From: Myxococcota bacterium
GTDB taxonomy: Bacteria > Myxococcota_A > UBA796 > CAJQPC01
Direction of reading: 5' to 3'
DNA length: 64,000 nt
NCBI GenBank assembly: GCA_036229005.1
Contig: JAZAMN010000043.1
Location: forward strand, 1-64,000
Under the pieces are notes generated by a model. It saw only the letters and a list, made by a program, of their open reading frames with translations. It was not told the DNA's origin and searched no databases. This document shows positions 1 through 9,804 of this stretch, piece by piece; the first letter of the stretch is position 1; the number at the start of each line of letters is the position of its first letter. Made by a program: the position numbers and the translations under genes.

Positions 1-320
1 GGAGGGGGGCCAAGGGGAGGCGGCGGGGGGGAGCATGGGACGCGTGCGTCCCCATTGCAACCACAAGATATGGGGGAGGTCTTGTCAGGTCAACCCTACA
101 TGTTGTGGATGGCGCGCCAGACGGGCCATAGGCCCGCTTTGAGCGCCTGCTGGAGTGTGCCAACTCCATGCCGCCTCGACGGCGACCCTCCTTGTAGGGC
201 GCGGGGCGCGCGGTGTCGAGCAGGGGATCGGGGCGTTGACAGGCTGTGACAGGGCAGGCCCCGTGCTCGTCGAAACCCGGCGTGCTTTCAGTGGATTTCA
301 GCGTTTTCGCCAGAGGCGAA

Positions 321-351
321 GAACCCCCGATCCGGAGGGGATCGGGGGTTC
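321..351 (-). terminator. 13-bp perfect hairpin downstream of the protease gene, probable terminator
   Basis: GAACCCCCGATCC-ggagg-GGATCGGGGGTTC, 43 nt past the protease stop; weak U-tract. Confidence 0.6.
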
Positions 352-394
352 GAGCAGCCGCCCCTTGGGGGCGCGCCGGAGGGGCGAGGGGGGC

Positions 395-1471
395 TCAGGG
401 ACAGCCGGCGCCCTCGCAGGTGCCCTCGACGTAGCAGTAGCGGAGGCTGGGCTTGCCGTTGAGCTTGCCGTCGCAGTCGCTGGCGCAAGCGTCCGTGCCG
501 CTGCGGCCGTCGCAGGACTCACCGGTGCCGCAGACGCCGTCGCCGCAGTCGCTGCTGCCGGTGCCGGTGTCGGAGGTGCCGGTGTCAGTGCTGCCCGTGT
601 CTGAGGTGCCGGTGTCGGTGGTGCCCGTATCGGAGGTGCCCGTATCGCTGGTCGTGCCGACAAAGGAGCTGATCCAGGACTCGTAGGCGTCGGGGCGGGT
701 GCTCACGCCGTAGTACTGGCAGTAGGAGTCGCCGTAGCTGGTCACGCCGGCCACGTACTGGACGCCGCTGCGGGTGATGAACATGGGGCCGCCGGAGTCA
801 CCGCTGCAGGGGCCGCCGCCGGCGGTCTGGCTGTAGGAGACCTGGGTGGCGCTGTCGCCGGAGCTGGGGCAGTAGGCCACGGAGCAGCCCAGGCCGCCGA
901 TGGGGACGTCCACCTGGAGCTTCTGGTCGTAGGTGCCGTACTCGGTCTTGCCGAAGCCGACGAAGTTGCCGTCCACGCCGATGTCGGCGCTGGTCAGCCC
1001 CAGGGAGGCGGGCAGAGCGTCCACGGTGACGGCGCCGGGGACGGGGCTGGACAGGCGGACTAGGGCGATGTCGTCGGTCAGCGCGGAGCGGTTGTAGCTG
1101 GGGTGGATGAGCGTCTCGCTCACCGCGTAGATGTTGGACGCGGACATGTCCACGGTGGGGTTGTCGCCCACGTAGATCGCCAGGCTGCCGGGGCTCATCG
1201 TGGAGAAGCGCTTGCCACCCTTGGCGGTGTCCAGGCAGTGAGCGGCGGTGAGCACCACATCGTCCGCGATCAGGGTGCCTGAGCAGAAGATGTTGGTGTA
1301 CACGCTGGTGCCGGAGCGCTGGTGCAGGGAGACCACGGCCGCGTGGTGGGCGTCGGTGGCTGCGGAGCCGCCGTAGATCTTGCCGCTGGGCTGGTGGTCC
1401 CCGGAGCCCTCGACGAGCTCGATTGTGTCGGGGGAGGGGGTGCAGGCCATGGCGGCGATCAGCAAGAGCAT
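395..1471 (-). CDS. Trypsin-like (S1) serine protease, lipoprotein, with TSDTG-repeat linker and Cys-rich C-terminal domain
   Basis: TAAHC, DDIAL, GDSGGP triad motifs; IYGG activation site; MLLLIAAMAC signal; GGAG RBS. Confidence 0.93.
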   Translation of the reverse strand: MLLLIAAMACTPSPDTIELVEGSGDHQPSGKIYGGSAATDAHHAAVVSLHQRSGTSVYTNIFCSGTLIADDVVLTAAHCLDTAKGGKRFSTMSPGSLAIYVGDNPTVDMSASNIYAVSETLIHPSYNRSALTDDIALVRLSSPVPGAVTVDALPASLGLTSADIGVDGNFVGFGKTEYGTYDQKLQVDVPIGGLGCSVAYCPSSGDSATQVSYSQTAGGGPCSGDSGGPMFITRSGVQYVAGVTSYGDSYCQYYGVSTRPDAYESWISSFVGTTSDTGTSDTGTTDTGTSDTGSTDTGTSDTGTGSSDCGDGVCGTGESCDGRSGTDACASDCDGKLNGKPSLRYCYVEGTCEGAGCP

Positions 1472-1558
1472 TGGATCTCCTTACGTTTGACGCTGCGCAA
1501 TCGCCTTGCGGGGGGCCGTCGTCAATGACCTTGTCAGGTTCGTATCAGGGATTCAGGC

Positions 1559-1595
1559 ATAGGCACTGTCGATGGGTCCATCGAAAAGAATCGAT
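1559..1595. promoter_or_regulatory. LysR/OxyR-like operator upstream of aconitase
   Basis: ATAG-N7-CGAT-N6-ATCG-N8-CGAT (37 nt), resembling the OxyR ATAG-N7-CTAT-N7-ATAG-N7-CTAT pattern; contains palindrome TCGATGG-gt-CCATCGA. Confidence 0.45.
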
Positions 1596-1679
1596 TGGAC
1601 GGATGGAGTGGGCGCGCCGTAGATCCAAGACAGTCCCTGGTTAGGGATCCCTCCCAATCGCAAACCCTGGAGCCACCCC

Positions 1680-3947
1680 ATGATTGATGTCGCCGCCATC
1701 GAGAGAGTCTATGCCCGCGCTGCCGCGACGGCCGAGATCGGCCGCCGCCGCCTCGGTCGAGGCCTGACCCTTGCCGAGAAGATCCTCTTCAACCACCTGG
1801 TCGACCCCGAGAACGCCGCCTTCGAGCGCAAGAAGTCCTTCCTGGACCTGAACCCGGACCGCGTGGCCATGCAGGACGCCACCGCCCAGATGGCGCTGCT
1901 GCAGTTCATGGTGGCGGGCCGTAAGGAGGTCGCGCTCCCCAGCACGGTGCACTGCGACCACCTGATCCGCGCCTACGTGGGCGCGGAGGAGGACCTGGAG
2001 GTCGCGAACGACGAGAACGCCGAGGTCTACGAGTTCCTGCGCACCGTCTCGGCCAAGCACGGGCTGGGCTTCTGGAAGCCCGGCGCCGGAATCATCCACC
2101 AGGTGGTGCTCGAGAACTACGCCTTCCCTGGCGGCCTGATGATCGGCACCGACTCCCACACCGTGAACGCCGGTGGCCTGGGCATGGTCGCCGTGGGTGT
2201 GGGTGGGGCGGACGCGGTTGACGCCATGGTCGGCATGCCCTGGGAGGTGCTCAACCCCGGGGTGATCGGCGTGAAGCTGACCGGCAAGCTCAACGGTTGG
2301 GCCTCGGCGAAGGACGTGATCCTCAAGGTGTGCGAGATCCTGACGGTCAAGGGCGGTACGAACCACATTGTGGAGTACTTCGGTCCGGGCACCGCCTCCA
2401 TCTCCTGCACGGGCAAGGGCACCATCTGCAACATGGGCGCCGAGCACGGGGCCACCACCTCCACCTTCCCCTACGACGAGAAGATGGGGGCCTACCTGCG
2501 GGCCACCGGCCGCGCCGAGATCGCCGACCTGGCCGACAAGTACGCCGAGCACCTGCGCGCGGACGACGAGGTCTTCGAGAACCCCGAGAACTACTACGAC
2601 CGGGTCATCGAGATCGATCTGGACACCCTGGAGCCCCACGTGGTCGGGCCCCACACCCCGGACCTGGCGCGCCCCATCTCCGAGATGGCCGCAGAGGCCG
2701 ACGAGAAGGGCTATCCCCGGAACCTGACCGCCGCGCTGATCGGCTCCTGCACCAACTCCTCCTACGAGGACATCTCCCGCAGCGCCCACATCGCGCGGCA
2801 GGCCGCCGCCAAGGGCGTGAAGGCCAAGGTGCAGTACATGATCACCCCGGGCTCCGATCAGGTCTTCGAGACCATCAAGAAGAACGGGCAGGTCGCGGAC
2901 CTGGAGGCCATCGGCGGCGTGGTGCTCGCCAACGCCTGCGGCCCCTGCATCGGCCAGTGGAAGCGGGACGACATCAGCAAGGGCGATGAGAACAGCATCA
3001 TCAACTCCTTCAACCGCAACTTCCGCGGCCGCAACGACGCCAACCCCGCCACCCTCTCGTTCATCGGCTCCCCCGAGCTGGTGACCGCGCTGGCGCTCAC
3101 GGGCGACCTGGGCTTCGATCCCGCCCGCGACTCCCTGGTGGACGCCGACGGCAACGCGTTCATGCTCGAGCCGCCCGTGGGTGACGAGCTGCCCCCCGGT
3201 GGCTTTGGTGGGCCCGGCACCGGCTACCTCCCGCCCCTGCCCGAGGCGGAGCGCGGTGACGTCGAGGTGGTGATCAACCCCAGCTCCGACCGCATCGAGC
3301 GCCTCACGCCCTTCGCGGCCTGGGACGGCGAGGACTTCTCCGGCCTGCGCATCCTGGTCAAGGCCGTGGGCAAGTGCACCACCGACCACATCTCGGCCGC
3401 GGGCCCCTGGCTCAAGTACCGCGGGCACCTGACCAACATCTCCGGCAACCTGATGGCGGGCGCCAACAACGGGTTCACTGGTGAGTTCGGCAATGGCGTG
3501 AACTTCCTGACCGGCGAGAAGGACACCCACCCCAACATCGCCAAGCAGTACAAGGCCGCTGGCCAGGACTGGGTGATCTTCGGCGACGAGAACTACGGCG
3601 AGGGCTCCTCCCGTGAGCACGCCGCCATGGAGCCCCGGCACAATGGCTGCCGCGCGGTGATCGTGCGCAGCTTCGCCCGCATCCACGAGACGAACCTCAA
3701 GAAGCAGGGCGTGCTGCCCCTGTTCTTCAAGGATCCCGCGGACTACGACAAGGTCAAGGGCGACGACGTGGTGGCCATCGAGGGCATCGCCCGCATCGCC
3801 GAGGGCGGCAGCCCGACCGTGGTCCTCACCCACGCCGATGGCTCGGTGGATCGCATCGAGACCACCAACACCCTGTCGGTGGACCAGTTCGAGTGGTTCA
3901 AGGCCGGTTCCGCGCTGAACAAGATCCGCGCCGAGTTCGACGCCTGA
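1680..3947 (+). CDS. acn: Aconitate hydratase, mitochondrial-type subfamily
   Basis: DRVAMQDATAQMALLQF, HCDH, GTDSHT, GSCTNSSYED, NACGPCIGQW, TTDHIS, GEGSSREHAA. Confidence 0.96.
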   Translation: MIDVAAIERVYARAAATAEIGRRRLGRGLTLAEKILFNHLVDPENAAFERKKSFLDLNPDRVAMQDATAQMALLQFMVAGRKEVALPSTVHCDHLIRAYVGAEEDLEVANDENAEVYEFLRTVSAKHGLGFWKPGAGIIHQVVLENYAFPGGLMIGTDSHTVNAGGLGMVAVGVGGADAVDAMVGMPWEVLNPGVIGVKLTGKLNGWASAKDVILKVCEILTVKGGTNHIVEYFGPGTASISCTGKGTICNMGAEHGATTSTFPYDEKMGAYLRATGRAEIADLADKYAEHLRADDEVFENPENYYDRVIEIDLDTLEPHVVGPHTPDLARPISEMAAEADEKGYPRNLTAALIGSCTNSSYEDISRSAHIARQAAAKGVKAKVQYMITPGSDQVFETIKKNGQVADLEAIGGVVLANACGPCIGQWKRDDISKGDENSIINSFNRNFRGRNDANPATLSFIGSPELVTALALTGDLGFDPARDSLVDADGNAFMLEPPVGDELPPGGFGGPGTGYLPPLPEAERGDVEVVINPSSDRIERLTPFAAWDGEDFSGLRILVKAVGKCTTDHISAAGPWLKYRGHLTNISGNLMAGANNGFTGEFGNGVNFLTGEKDTHPNIAKQYKAAGQDWVIFGDENYGEGSSREHAAMEPRHNGCRAVIVRSFARIHETNLKKQGVLPLFFKDPADYDKVKGDDVVAIEGIARIAEGGSPTVVLTHADGSVDRIETTNTLSVDQFEWFKAGSALNKIRAEFDA

Positions 3948-4011
3948 GATTTGTGCCCTCAGGCCGGAGGGCGGTCATTTTCTGGTCGGTGTCCGTGGTT
4001 AGATCCCGGGC

Positions 4012-4833
4012 ATGTGGAACTTGACCAAGACCTTTGGCCTGATGGTGGCGCTCACCCTCCTGCTCGTGCTGGTGGGTGAGATCTGGGGCGGCAGCCAAGG
4101 CATGCTGCTCATGGTGGGGGTCTCCGGGCTGTTGAACCTGGGGGCCTTCTTCTTCTCCGACAAGATCGTGCTCCGCACCAGCGGGGCCCAGCCGGTGGAC
4201 GATCCGCGGCTGGCGTGGCTGCACGACGATCTGCAGGAGCTCTCCCAGAAGGCGGGCATCCCCACCCCCCGCCTGTACTGGGTGCCGCACGAGAGCAGCC
4301 CCAACGCCTTCGCGACGGGCCGCTCGCCCTCCAAGGGGGTGGTCGCGGTGACGGCGGGGCTGGTCAACCGCCTCTCCCGGCGGGAGGTCAAGGGCGTGCT
4401 GGCCCACGAGCTGGGGCACATCAAGCACCGGGACACCCTGACCTCGGCGGTGGCAGCCACCATGGCTGGCGCAGTGGCCTACGCGGCCCGGATGATGCTC
4501 TGGGGCCGCTCCCGCAACAAGAACCCCATCCTCCTCATCGTACTGGCGGTGGCCGCGCCGGGCGCTGCGATGCTGCTCCGGATGATGGTCTCGCGCACCC
4601 GGGAGTACGCCGCGGATGCCCGCGCTGCGCGCCTGACCGGAGACCCCGAGGGGCTGGCCCTGGCGCTGGAGCGCCTGCAGTCGGGCGTGTCCGCGAACCC
4701 CCAGCACACCGGCTCGGACGCCACCCACTACATCGTCAACGGGTTCTCCGGGGGCGGCGTGATGTCCCGGATGTTCTCGACCCATCCCCCGATCGAGGAG
4801 CGGGCAAAGCGGCTGCGGGCCATGAAGCTTTGA
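4012..4833 (+). CDS. htpX: Zinc metalloprotease HtpX (M48)
   Basis: PNAFATGR, HELGH, SRTREYAAD, FSTHPP, N-terminal TM helices. Confidence 0.93.
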   Translation: MWNLTKTFGLMVALTLLLVLVGEIWGGSQGMLLMVGVSGLLNLGAFFFSDKIVLRTSGAQPVDDPRLAWLHDDLQELSQKAGIPTPRLYWVPHESSPNAFATGRSPSKGVVAVTAGLVNRLSRREVKGVLAHELGHIKHRDTLTSAVAATMAGAVAYAARMMLWGRSRNKNPILLIVLAVAAPGAAMLLRMMVSRTREYAADARAARLTGDPEGLALALERLQSGVSANPQHTGSDATHYIVNGFSGGGVMSRMFSTHPPIEERAKRLRAMKL

Positions 4834-4873
4834 ATCCCCGAGTCCCCGAACCCCTGAATCCCTGAATTCAGGG
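4832..4873. repeat. Octamer tandem repeat ending in a palindrome between convergent genes
   Basis: GAATCCCC GAGTCCCC GAACCCCT GAATCCCT GAATTCAG; CCCTGAATTCAGGG palindrome at 4860-4873. Confidence 0.7.
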
Positions 4874-4876
4874 GGC

Positions 4877-6250
4877 TCAGGGCTCCGGGAAGAAGGGCGA
4901 GGCCCAGATGCGCTGCTCCTGGCCGTCGATCAGCATGCGGATGCGCAGGTAGCGGACCTGGCCGGACTGGACCACGAACCAGTCGGTAACCGGCTCCACG
5001 CTGCCGTCCGGGGAGACCAGCTCCAGGGTCGCGGGGTGGTCCAGCACCAGCTCGAGCTGGTAGCTGCCCACGGGCAGGCGGTCACCGGGCAGGTAGCTGT
5101 TGCCCATGTTGTCCACCGCCCGGATCTGCAGCTCCGGGAACACCTGGGTCGCGGCCACAGTGTGTCGGAGGAGCATCGCGTCGAAGAGGTCCTCCCGGCC
5201 GCCGTCGCTGTCGGGGGCGACCAGGACGCCGGTCACGCCGCCGGGGCTGTGGTGGGAGGTCAGCTTGGAGACGGGGAGGCCGCTCTCGTCCGTCTCGCTC
5301 GCGGCGACGTAGCCCGGGGCGTCCACGGAGCCGGGCCGTCCGTCGTGGGAGTCGGTGCCCCCCATGAAGCCCATCTCCAGGCCCAGGGACAGGGCGGTCT
5401 GGACGGAGCCTTCGGGGTTGTAGATGGGCTCGTTGACCTGGAAGAGGCAGCCCAGTGCGGAGAGGTCGGCGCACTCCGAGCTGCCGTGCTCGGAGTAGAT
5501 CTCGACCAGCAGCTCCTTGTCCATGAGGGAGGCGTCCACGGTCCAGTCGACCGCCGCTGGCCGGGAGTAGGCGCCGTGGTGGACGAAGGAGATCCAGCGG
5601 CCCTGGTCGGAGGCTGCGCACTCGGTGGGCCCCTCGTCCAGGAAGTCCTCGAGCTGGGCGGCGGTCAGGGAGGTCTGCTGGAAGTCGGACCAGTAGAACT
5701 CCCGCTCCCAGGCGATCTTGGGCTGCTGCCGCTCACAGGCCACCGGGCGCCAGGCGCCGCAGGCGGTCGGGGACTCCAGGAGCACCGTGCGGTGGTGCCC
5801 GGAGCGCGGCCGGGTGCCGTACTGGCAGGCGGGGGTCCACTCGTAGCCGAGCAGGCCGACGACATCGAAGTTGGGGCCCTGGGAGACGATCTCCTGGCTG
5901 CGGTCCCAGATGTCGGTGGTCTGTCCGGTCTCCAGGTCGATGAGCTCGTCGAACTCGACGTGGTCGGTGAGCCCGAACCAGTCGAGCTGGTTGCTGCGGG
6001 CCTCCTCCAGCATCCCCTCGCCGGGGAGCCCAGGGACGCGGGCGCGGCACTCGGAGCCAGCGTCCTCGCAGGAGTCGTGGGACATGCCGCTGTGGGCGTG
6101 GGGGTCGCCCCAGAGCACCCGCTGAAAAGCGGGCCCCGGAGCCGCCACGCCAGCGATCTCGCGCCCCCCGCCATGGGCGGGCGTTCCCAGGGTTTCAGCC
6201 TGCTCCAGGTCCACCTGACCGGAGCAGGAGAGAAGGGCCGCGATCCACAT
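4877..6250 (-). CDS. PHP-fold metallohydrolase lipoprotein (DUF3604 / CehA-McbA-like)
   Basis: WGDPHAHS, LTDH, GYEWT, GFMGGTDSHDGRPG motifs; MWIAALLSC signal. Confidence 0.8.
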   Translation of the reverse strand: MWIAALLSCSGQVDLEQAETLGTPAHGGGREIAGVAAPGPAFQRVLWGDPHAHSGMSHDSCEDAGSECRARVPGLPGEGMLEEARSNQLDWFGLTDHVEFDELIDLETGQTTDIWDRSQEIVSQGPNFDVVGLLGYEWTPACQYGTRPRSGHHRTVLLESPTACGAWRPVACERQQPKIAWEREFYWSDFQQTSLTAAQLEDFLDEGPTECAASDQGRWISFVHHGAYSRPAAVDWTVDASLMDKELLVEIYSEHGSSECADLSALGCLFQVNEPIYNPEGSVQTALSLGLEMGFMGGTDSHDGRPGSVDAPGYVAASETDESGLPVSKLTSHHSPGGVTGVLVAPDSDGGREDLFDAMLLRHTVAATQVFPELQIRAVDNMGNSYLPGDRLPVGSYQLELVLDHPATLELVSPDGSVEPVTDWFVVQSGQVRYLRIRMLIDGQEQRIWASPFFPEP

Positions 6251-6318
6251 GAGAACGCAGTTACCATCCTGGTCAAAGGAGCGTCAACTGCTTCAGGATT
6301 TCGCAGCATTTCAGCACC

Positions 6319-8580
6319 TTAGGGGACGTATCGCACCCGATAGCTGCGCTCCACGTCGCCGTCGATCTCCAGCACCGCCGAGCCCACCTCGACGCGCCCG
6401 CTGGTCAGGGTCACGGTGACCTCGCCGGCGGACGATCCCCCCTGCGCTGTGCGGTACACCGTGCCGTCTGATTCGGTGAAGCTCCCCCCGCTCCCGAACA
6501 CCAACAGAACCCGCTCCCCATCGACATCATCGAGGTCCAGGAGCTCCCCGGTGGACTGCCCGGTCAGGGTGTCTGGGGCGGTGGCGAAGGTGGGCACGAT
6601 GCTGCCCTCGCGGACGAACACGGGGATGGATCCCAAGGGGACCTCGACGCTTCCGGAGATCGCCTCCTCACCGGTCCACCAGTCCAGCCAGCGCGCCTCT
6701 GTGGGCAGCTCGACCACCCGCGAGGTCACCCCGGCCTCGATCACGGGGGCGATCAGCAGCGCGTCCCCGAGCATCCAGGCGTCGATCACGTCGTAGCCCT
6801 GGCTCTCGAAGAGCAGGCCCAGCGGCAGGATCATCGGGGTGCCCTGGGAGGCGGCCTTGGCGGCCAGGCCGTAGCGGTAGGGGAACAGGCGCATGTGTTC
6901 GTTCGAGAGCTCGGCCCACAGCGCCAGGGTCTGCTCGTCCTGGTCGAACTGGTGGTTGTCCTCGGCGAAGGCGCCGTGGTGGGTGCGCATGATGGGGGAG
7001 AAGGCGCCCAGTGCGGCCCAGCGCGCCCAGAGCTCGAAGTCGCTGGGGTCGTTGCCGATGGACTGGTAGCCGGCGATGTCGTGGGTGTAGATGGGCTGGC
7101 CGGACAGGGAGAGGCCCAGGCCCAGGGGGAGCACGGTGGGGAGGCCGTCGTCGGCGTCGAAGGAGGTGCGCTGGTCTCCGGCCCAGACCACGGGCGCGCG
7201 GGAGGCGGTGCCGGCCCAGCCGGAGCGGACGAAGTAGCTGCCGTCGCGGTCGGCCATGACCTCCTGGTTGAGGGCCTGCCAGTGCAGGGGCCAGACGTTG
7301 TGTTCGTCCCAGCCGCTGCCCGCGTGCGTGGCGGTCTCGACGGGGAGCCACTCGGCGTAGTCGGCCATCCAGCCGTCGAAGCCCAGGTCCAGGGCGTGGT
7401 TCATGTGCTCCAGCACGAACTCCTGGGCGGCGGGGAGCGTCAGGTCGACCATGGTCATGGTCTCGAAGGTGGGGCCGGTGAAGGTGACCAGCTCGCCCTG
7501 CTCGTCCTGGATGATGATGCCCAGGGCCTCGGCCTTGTCCCAGGTCTCCGTCTCGGCGTAGAGGAAGGGCGAGAAGTAGCCAAACCACTTGAAGCCGGCG
7601 TCCTCGAGCTCCTGCGCGAGCTGCTCGACGTCGGGGTAGAGCTCCTCGTCCACGAACCACTCGCCCTTGAGGTGGTAGCCGAAGCTGCCCTGTTCGGCGC
7701 CCTTCCAGTCCTCGGTCCAGATGACGGTGGTGCTCGCGCCGACGGCCCGCAGGTCCTGGGCCACCTGGCGCACCCGCTCGGCGCCTCGCACGGCGTCCAC
7801 CCAGGGCCCAAAGACCCAGGGCTGGGGGAGGGTGTAGCCGCCCTGGGCCTGGACGAAGTCCTCGATGACGTCCAGGGGCTCGCCGGCGAACACGCGGAGG
7901 GCCGCGCTGTCGGACCAGATCTCCAGGGTGAAGCGCTCGGGGTTCTGGCGGCAGAGGTCGACCTCGATGCGCTGGGGGGCGTCGATCCACAGGCCGGCGC
8001 GGGCCTCGGGGCGCAGCAGGAAGGGGACCGGGAAGGAGCTGGAGTGGCGGGTGCCCGTCAGGAACCAGTCGTCGGGGTAGGCGTCCTGGTCGGACTTGCC
8101 GATGCCGGGCTCGCTGACCCAGAGCGCGAAGGCCTCGCCGTGGTGATCGATGTCGAAGGCGTGGGAGCCCAGTCCCAGCATGGGCTCGTCCGCGATGCAG
8201 TCCGCGCTGAAGGCCAGGCGGTTGCCCGAGAGCCCCGAGACGCTCAGGTCCAGGCGCTCACCGGCGGGCGCGATGAGCAGCTCACCGACGGGCTCCCCGT
8301 CCTGCTCCAGGGGGACCACGATGCGGTCGTCGCTGCTGTCGGGGCGGCCGAATGCCAGGGCCGAGAGCTGCTGGCCGGACTCCTCGAAGTAGAAGGAGCC
8401 CACGTTGAACTCGGCCGTCGCGTCGGCGCTCCCGGAGCGGATCTGCAGCCCGGAGAGCAAGGGGCCGTGGGTGGCGTGGTCGATGTCCAGGCGCCCGCTG
8501 TCGCGGTCCAGCGTGACCTCGTATGCGCGCAGGGTGTCGGAGTGGGTGGAGCAGGCCAACAGGGCGAGGAGGTGGGACAT
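6319..8580 (-). CDS. Glycoside hydrolase family 31 lipoprotein, YihQ (sulfoquinovosidase)-like scaffold
   Basis: GWMADYAE nucleophile motif, WAGDQ acid/base, HDIAGY, FSPIMRTH. Confidence 0.9.
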   Translation of the reverse strand: MSHLLALLACSTHSDTLRAYEVTLDRDSGRLDIDHATHGPLLSGLQIRSGSADATAEFNVGSFYFEESGQQLSALAFGRPDSSDDRIVVPLEQDGEPVGELLIAPAGERLDLSVSGLSGNRLAFSADCIADEPMLGLGSHAFDIDHHGEAFALWVSEPGIGKSDQDAYPDDWFLTGTRHSSSFPVPFLLRPEARAGLWIDAPQRIEVDLCRQNPERFTLEIWSDSAALRVFAGEPLDVIEDFVQAQGGYTLPQPWVFGPWVDAVRGAERVRQVAQDLRAVGASTTVIWTEDWKGAEQGSFGYHLKGEWFVDEELYPDVEQLAQELEDAGFKWFGYFSPFLYAETETWDKAEALGIIIQDEQGELVTFTGPTFETMTMVDLTLPAAQEFVLEHMNHALDLGFDGWMADYAEWLPVETATHAGSGWDEHNVWPLHWQALNQEVMADRDGSYFVRSGWAGTASRAPVVWAGDQRTSFDADDGLPTVLPLGLGLSLSGQPIYTHDIAGYQSIGNDPSDFELWARWAALGAFSPIMRTHHGAFAEDNHQFDQDEQTLALWAELSNEHMRLFPYRYGLAAKAASQGTPMILPLGLLFESQGYDVIDAWMLGDALLIAPVIEAGVTSRVVELPTEARWLDWWTGEEAISGSVEVPLGSIPVFVREGSIVPTFATAPDTLTGQSTGELLDLDDVDGERVLLVFGSGGSFTESDGTVYRTAQGGSSAGEVTVTLTSGRVEVGSAVLEIDGDVERSYRVRYVP

Positions 8581-8589
8581 GGAGCGAGC

Positions 8590-9801
8590 CTACCCCAGAT
8601 CCAACCCCTCCTTTCGCTGCTCAAGCAGGCGCCTGTCGGCGGCGTTCTGGGTGAGGAGGAGGGCGCGTTCGTAGGCGGCGTTGGCCTGCTCGGGGCGGCC
8701 CAGTCGACGCAGCATGTCGGCGCGGGCGGCGTGGAAGGCCTGGTAGTCGTCCAGACCGGTGGGGAGCAGCGCGAGGCCCTGCTCGGGGCCCCGCCAGAAG
8801 GAGACGGCGACGGCGCGGTTGAGGGCGATCACGGGGTTCGGGCGCAGCTCCAGCAGGCGGTCGTAGATCAGCGCGATCTCCTGCCAGGGCGTGCTCCCGA
8901 AGTCGGGGGCCTCGATGTGGATGGCGGAGATGGCGGCCTGGAGCTGGAAGGGGCCGGGTCTGCCCCGCCGGAGGGTGCGCTGGATGCGCTGCAGGCCCTC
9001 ATCCGCCAGGGTCTGGTCCCAGAGGCGGCGGTCCTGGGTCTCCAGGGTCTGGGTGGTGCCGTCGGGGCTCAGGCGGGCCGGACTGCGCGCGTGGTTGAGC
9101 AGGAGCAGGGAGAGGAGGCCGGAGGCTTCTGGGTCGTCCGGACAAAGGGTGCACAACGCCCGGGACAGGTTGATGGCCTCAGCGCAGAGGGGCCGGTCGG
9201 TGGAGCGAGGTGCGGAGTAGCCCTGGTTGAAGATGAGGTAGACGGTGGTGAGCACGGCCTCCAGGCGGGGCTCCCAGTCTTCGCGCTCAGGGACGCGGTA
9301 GGGGATGCCGGCCAGGCGGATCTTCTTGCGGGCCCGGCTCAGCCGCTGGGCCATGGCGGGCTCCTGATCCAGGAAGGCCCGGGCGATCTCGGCGGTGCTC
9401 AAGCCGCTCAGGGTGCGCAGGGTGAGGGCGACCTGGGTCTTGGGGGCCAGCGCGGGGTGGCAGGCGGTGAAGAAGAGGGGGAGGCGGTCGTCGGGCAGGT
9501 GCTCGCCGGGGCCGGGGGGGCTGCAGTCCAGGGCGCGCAGGTGGGCGAGCTGGTCGGCGTAGCGCTCGGAGGTCTGGGCGCGGCGGAGCTGGTCGATGGC
9601 CTTGCGGCGGGCGACCTGGAGCAGCCAGCCCCGGGGATTGTGGGGCGGCTGCGCATGCCAGTGCTGGATGGCGCTCTCGAAGGCGGCGGACAGGGCGTCC
9701 TCGGCGAGCTCCAGGCTGCGGAGGTCCTTGACCAGGGTGGACAGCAGGCGCCCCCAGTCCTCGCGCATCAGGCGCGCGATCGTGGGCTGGGAGGCGCCCA
9801 C
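8590..9801 (-). CDS. ECF sigma factor with C-terminal DUF6596/TPR extension (ECF42-like)
   Basis: LAEDAL, WLLQVARRKAID, FTACHPAL, YLIFNQGY, QDRRLWD, GPFQLQAAI; adjacent DGPF protein. Confidence 0.92.
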   Translation of the reverse strand: MGASQPTIARLMREDWGRLLSTLVKDLRSLELAEDALSAAFESAIQHWHAQPPHNPRGWLLQVARRKAIDQLRRAQTSERYADQLAHLRALDCSPPGPGEHLPDDRLPLFFTACHPALAPKTQVALTLRTLSGLSTAEIARAFLDQEPAMAQRLSRARKKIRLAGIPYRVPEREDWEPRLEAVLTTVYLIFNQGYSAPRSTDRPLCAEAINLSRALCTLCPDDPEASGLLSLLLLNHARSPARLSPDGTTQTLETQDRRLWDQTLADEGLQRIQRTLRRGRPGPFQLQAAISAIHIEAPDFGSTPWQEIALIYDRLLELRPNPVIALNRAVAVSFWRGPEQGLALLPTGLDDYQAFHAARADMLRRLGRPEQANAAYERALLLTQNAADRRLLEQRKEGLDLG

Positions 9802-9804
9802 CGC

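Noticed and set aside
1..36. Possible minus-strand gene start (MLPPAASPWPPS)
   Set aside because: Only 12 codons are visible; cannot be supported.
155..320. Intergenic stretch checked for a fifth 31-bp array or an RNA gene
   Set aside because: No periodic boxes or recognisable RNA structure found by eye.
550..660. 15-bp repeats within the protease gene
   Set aside because: Coding TSDTG linker repeats.
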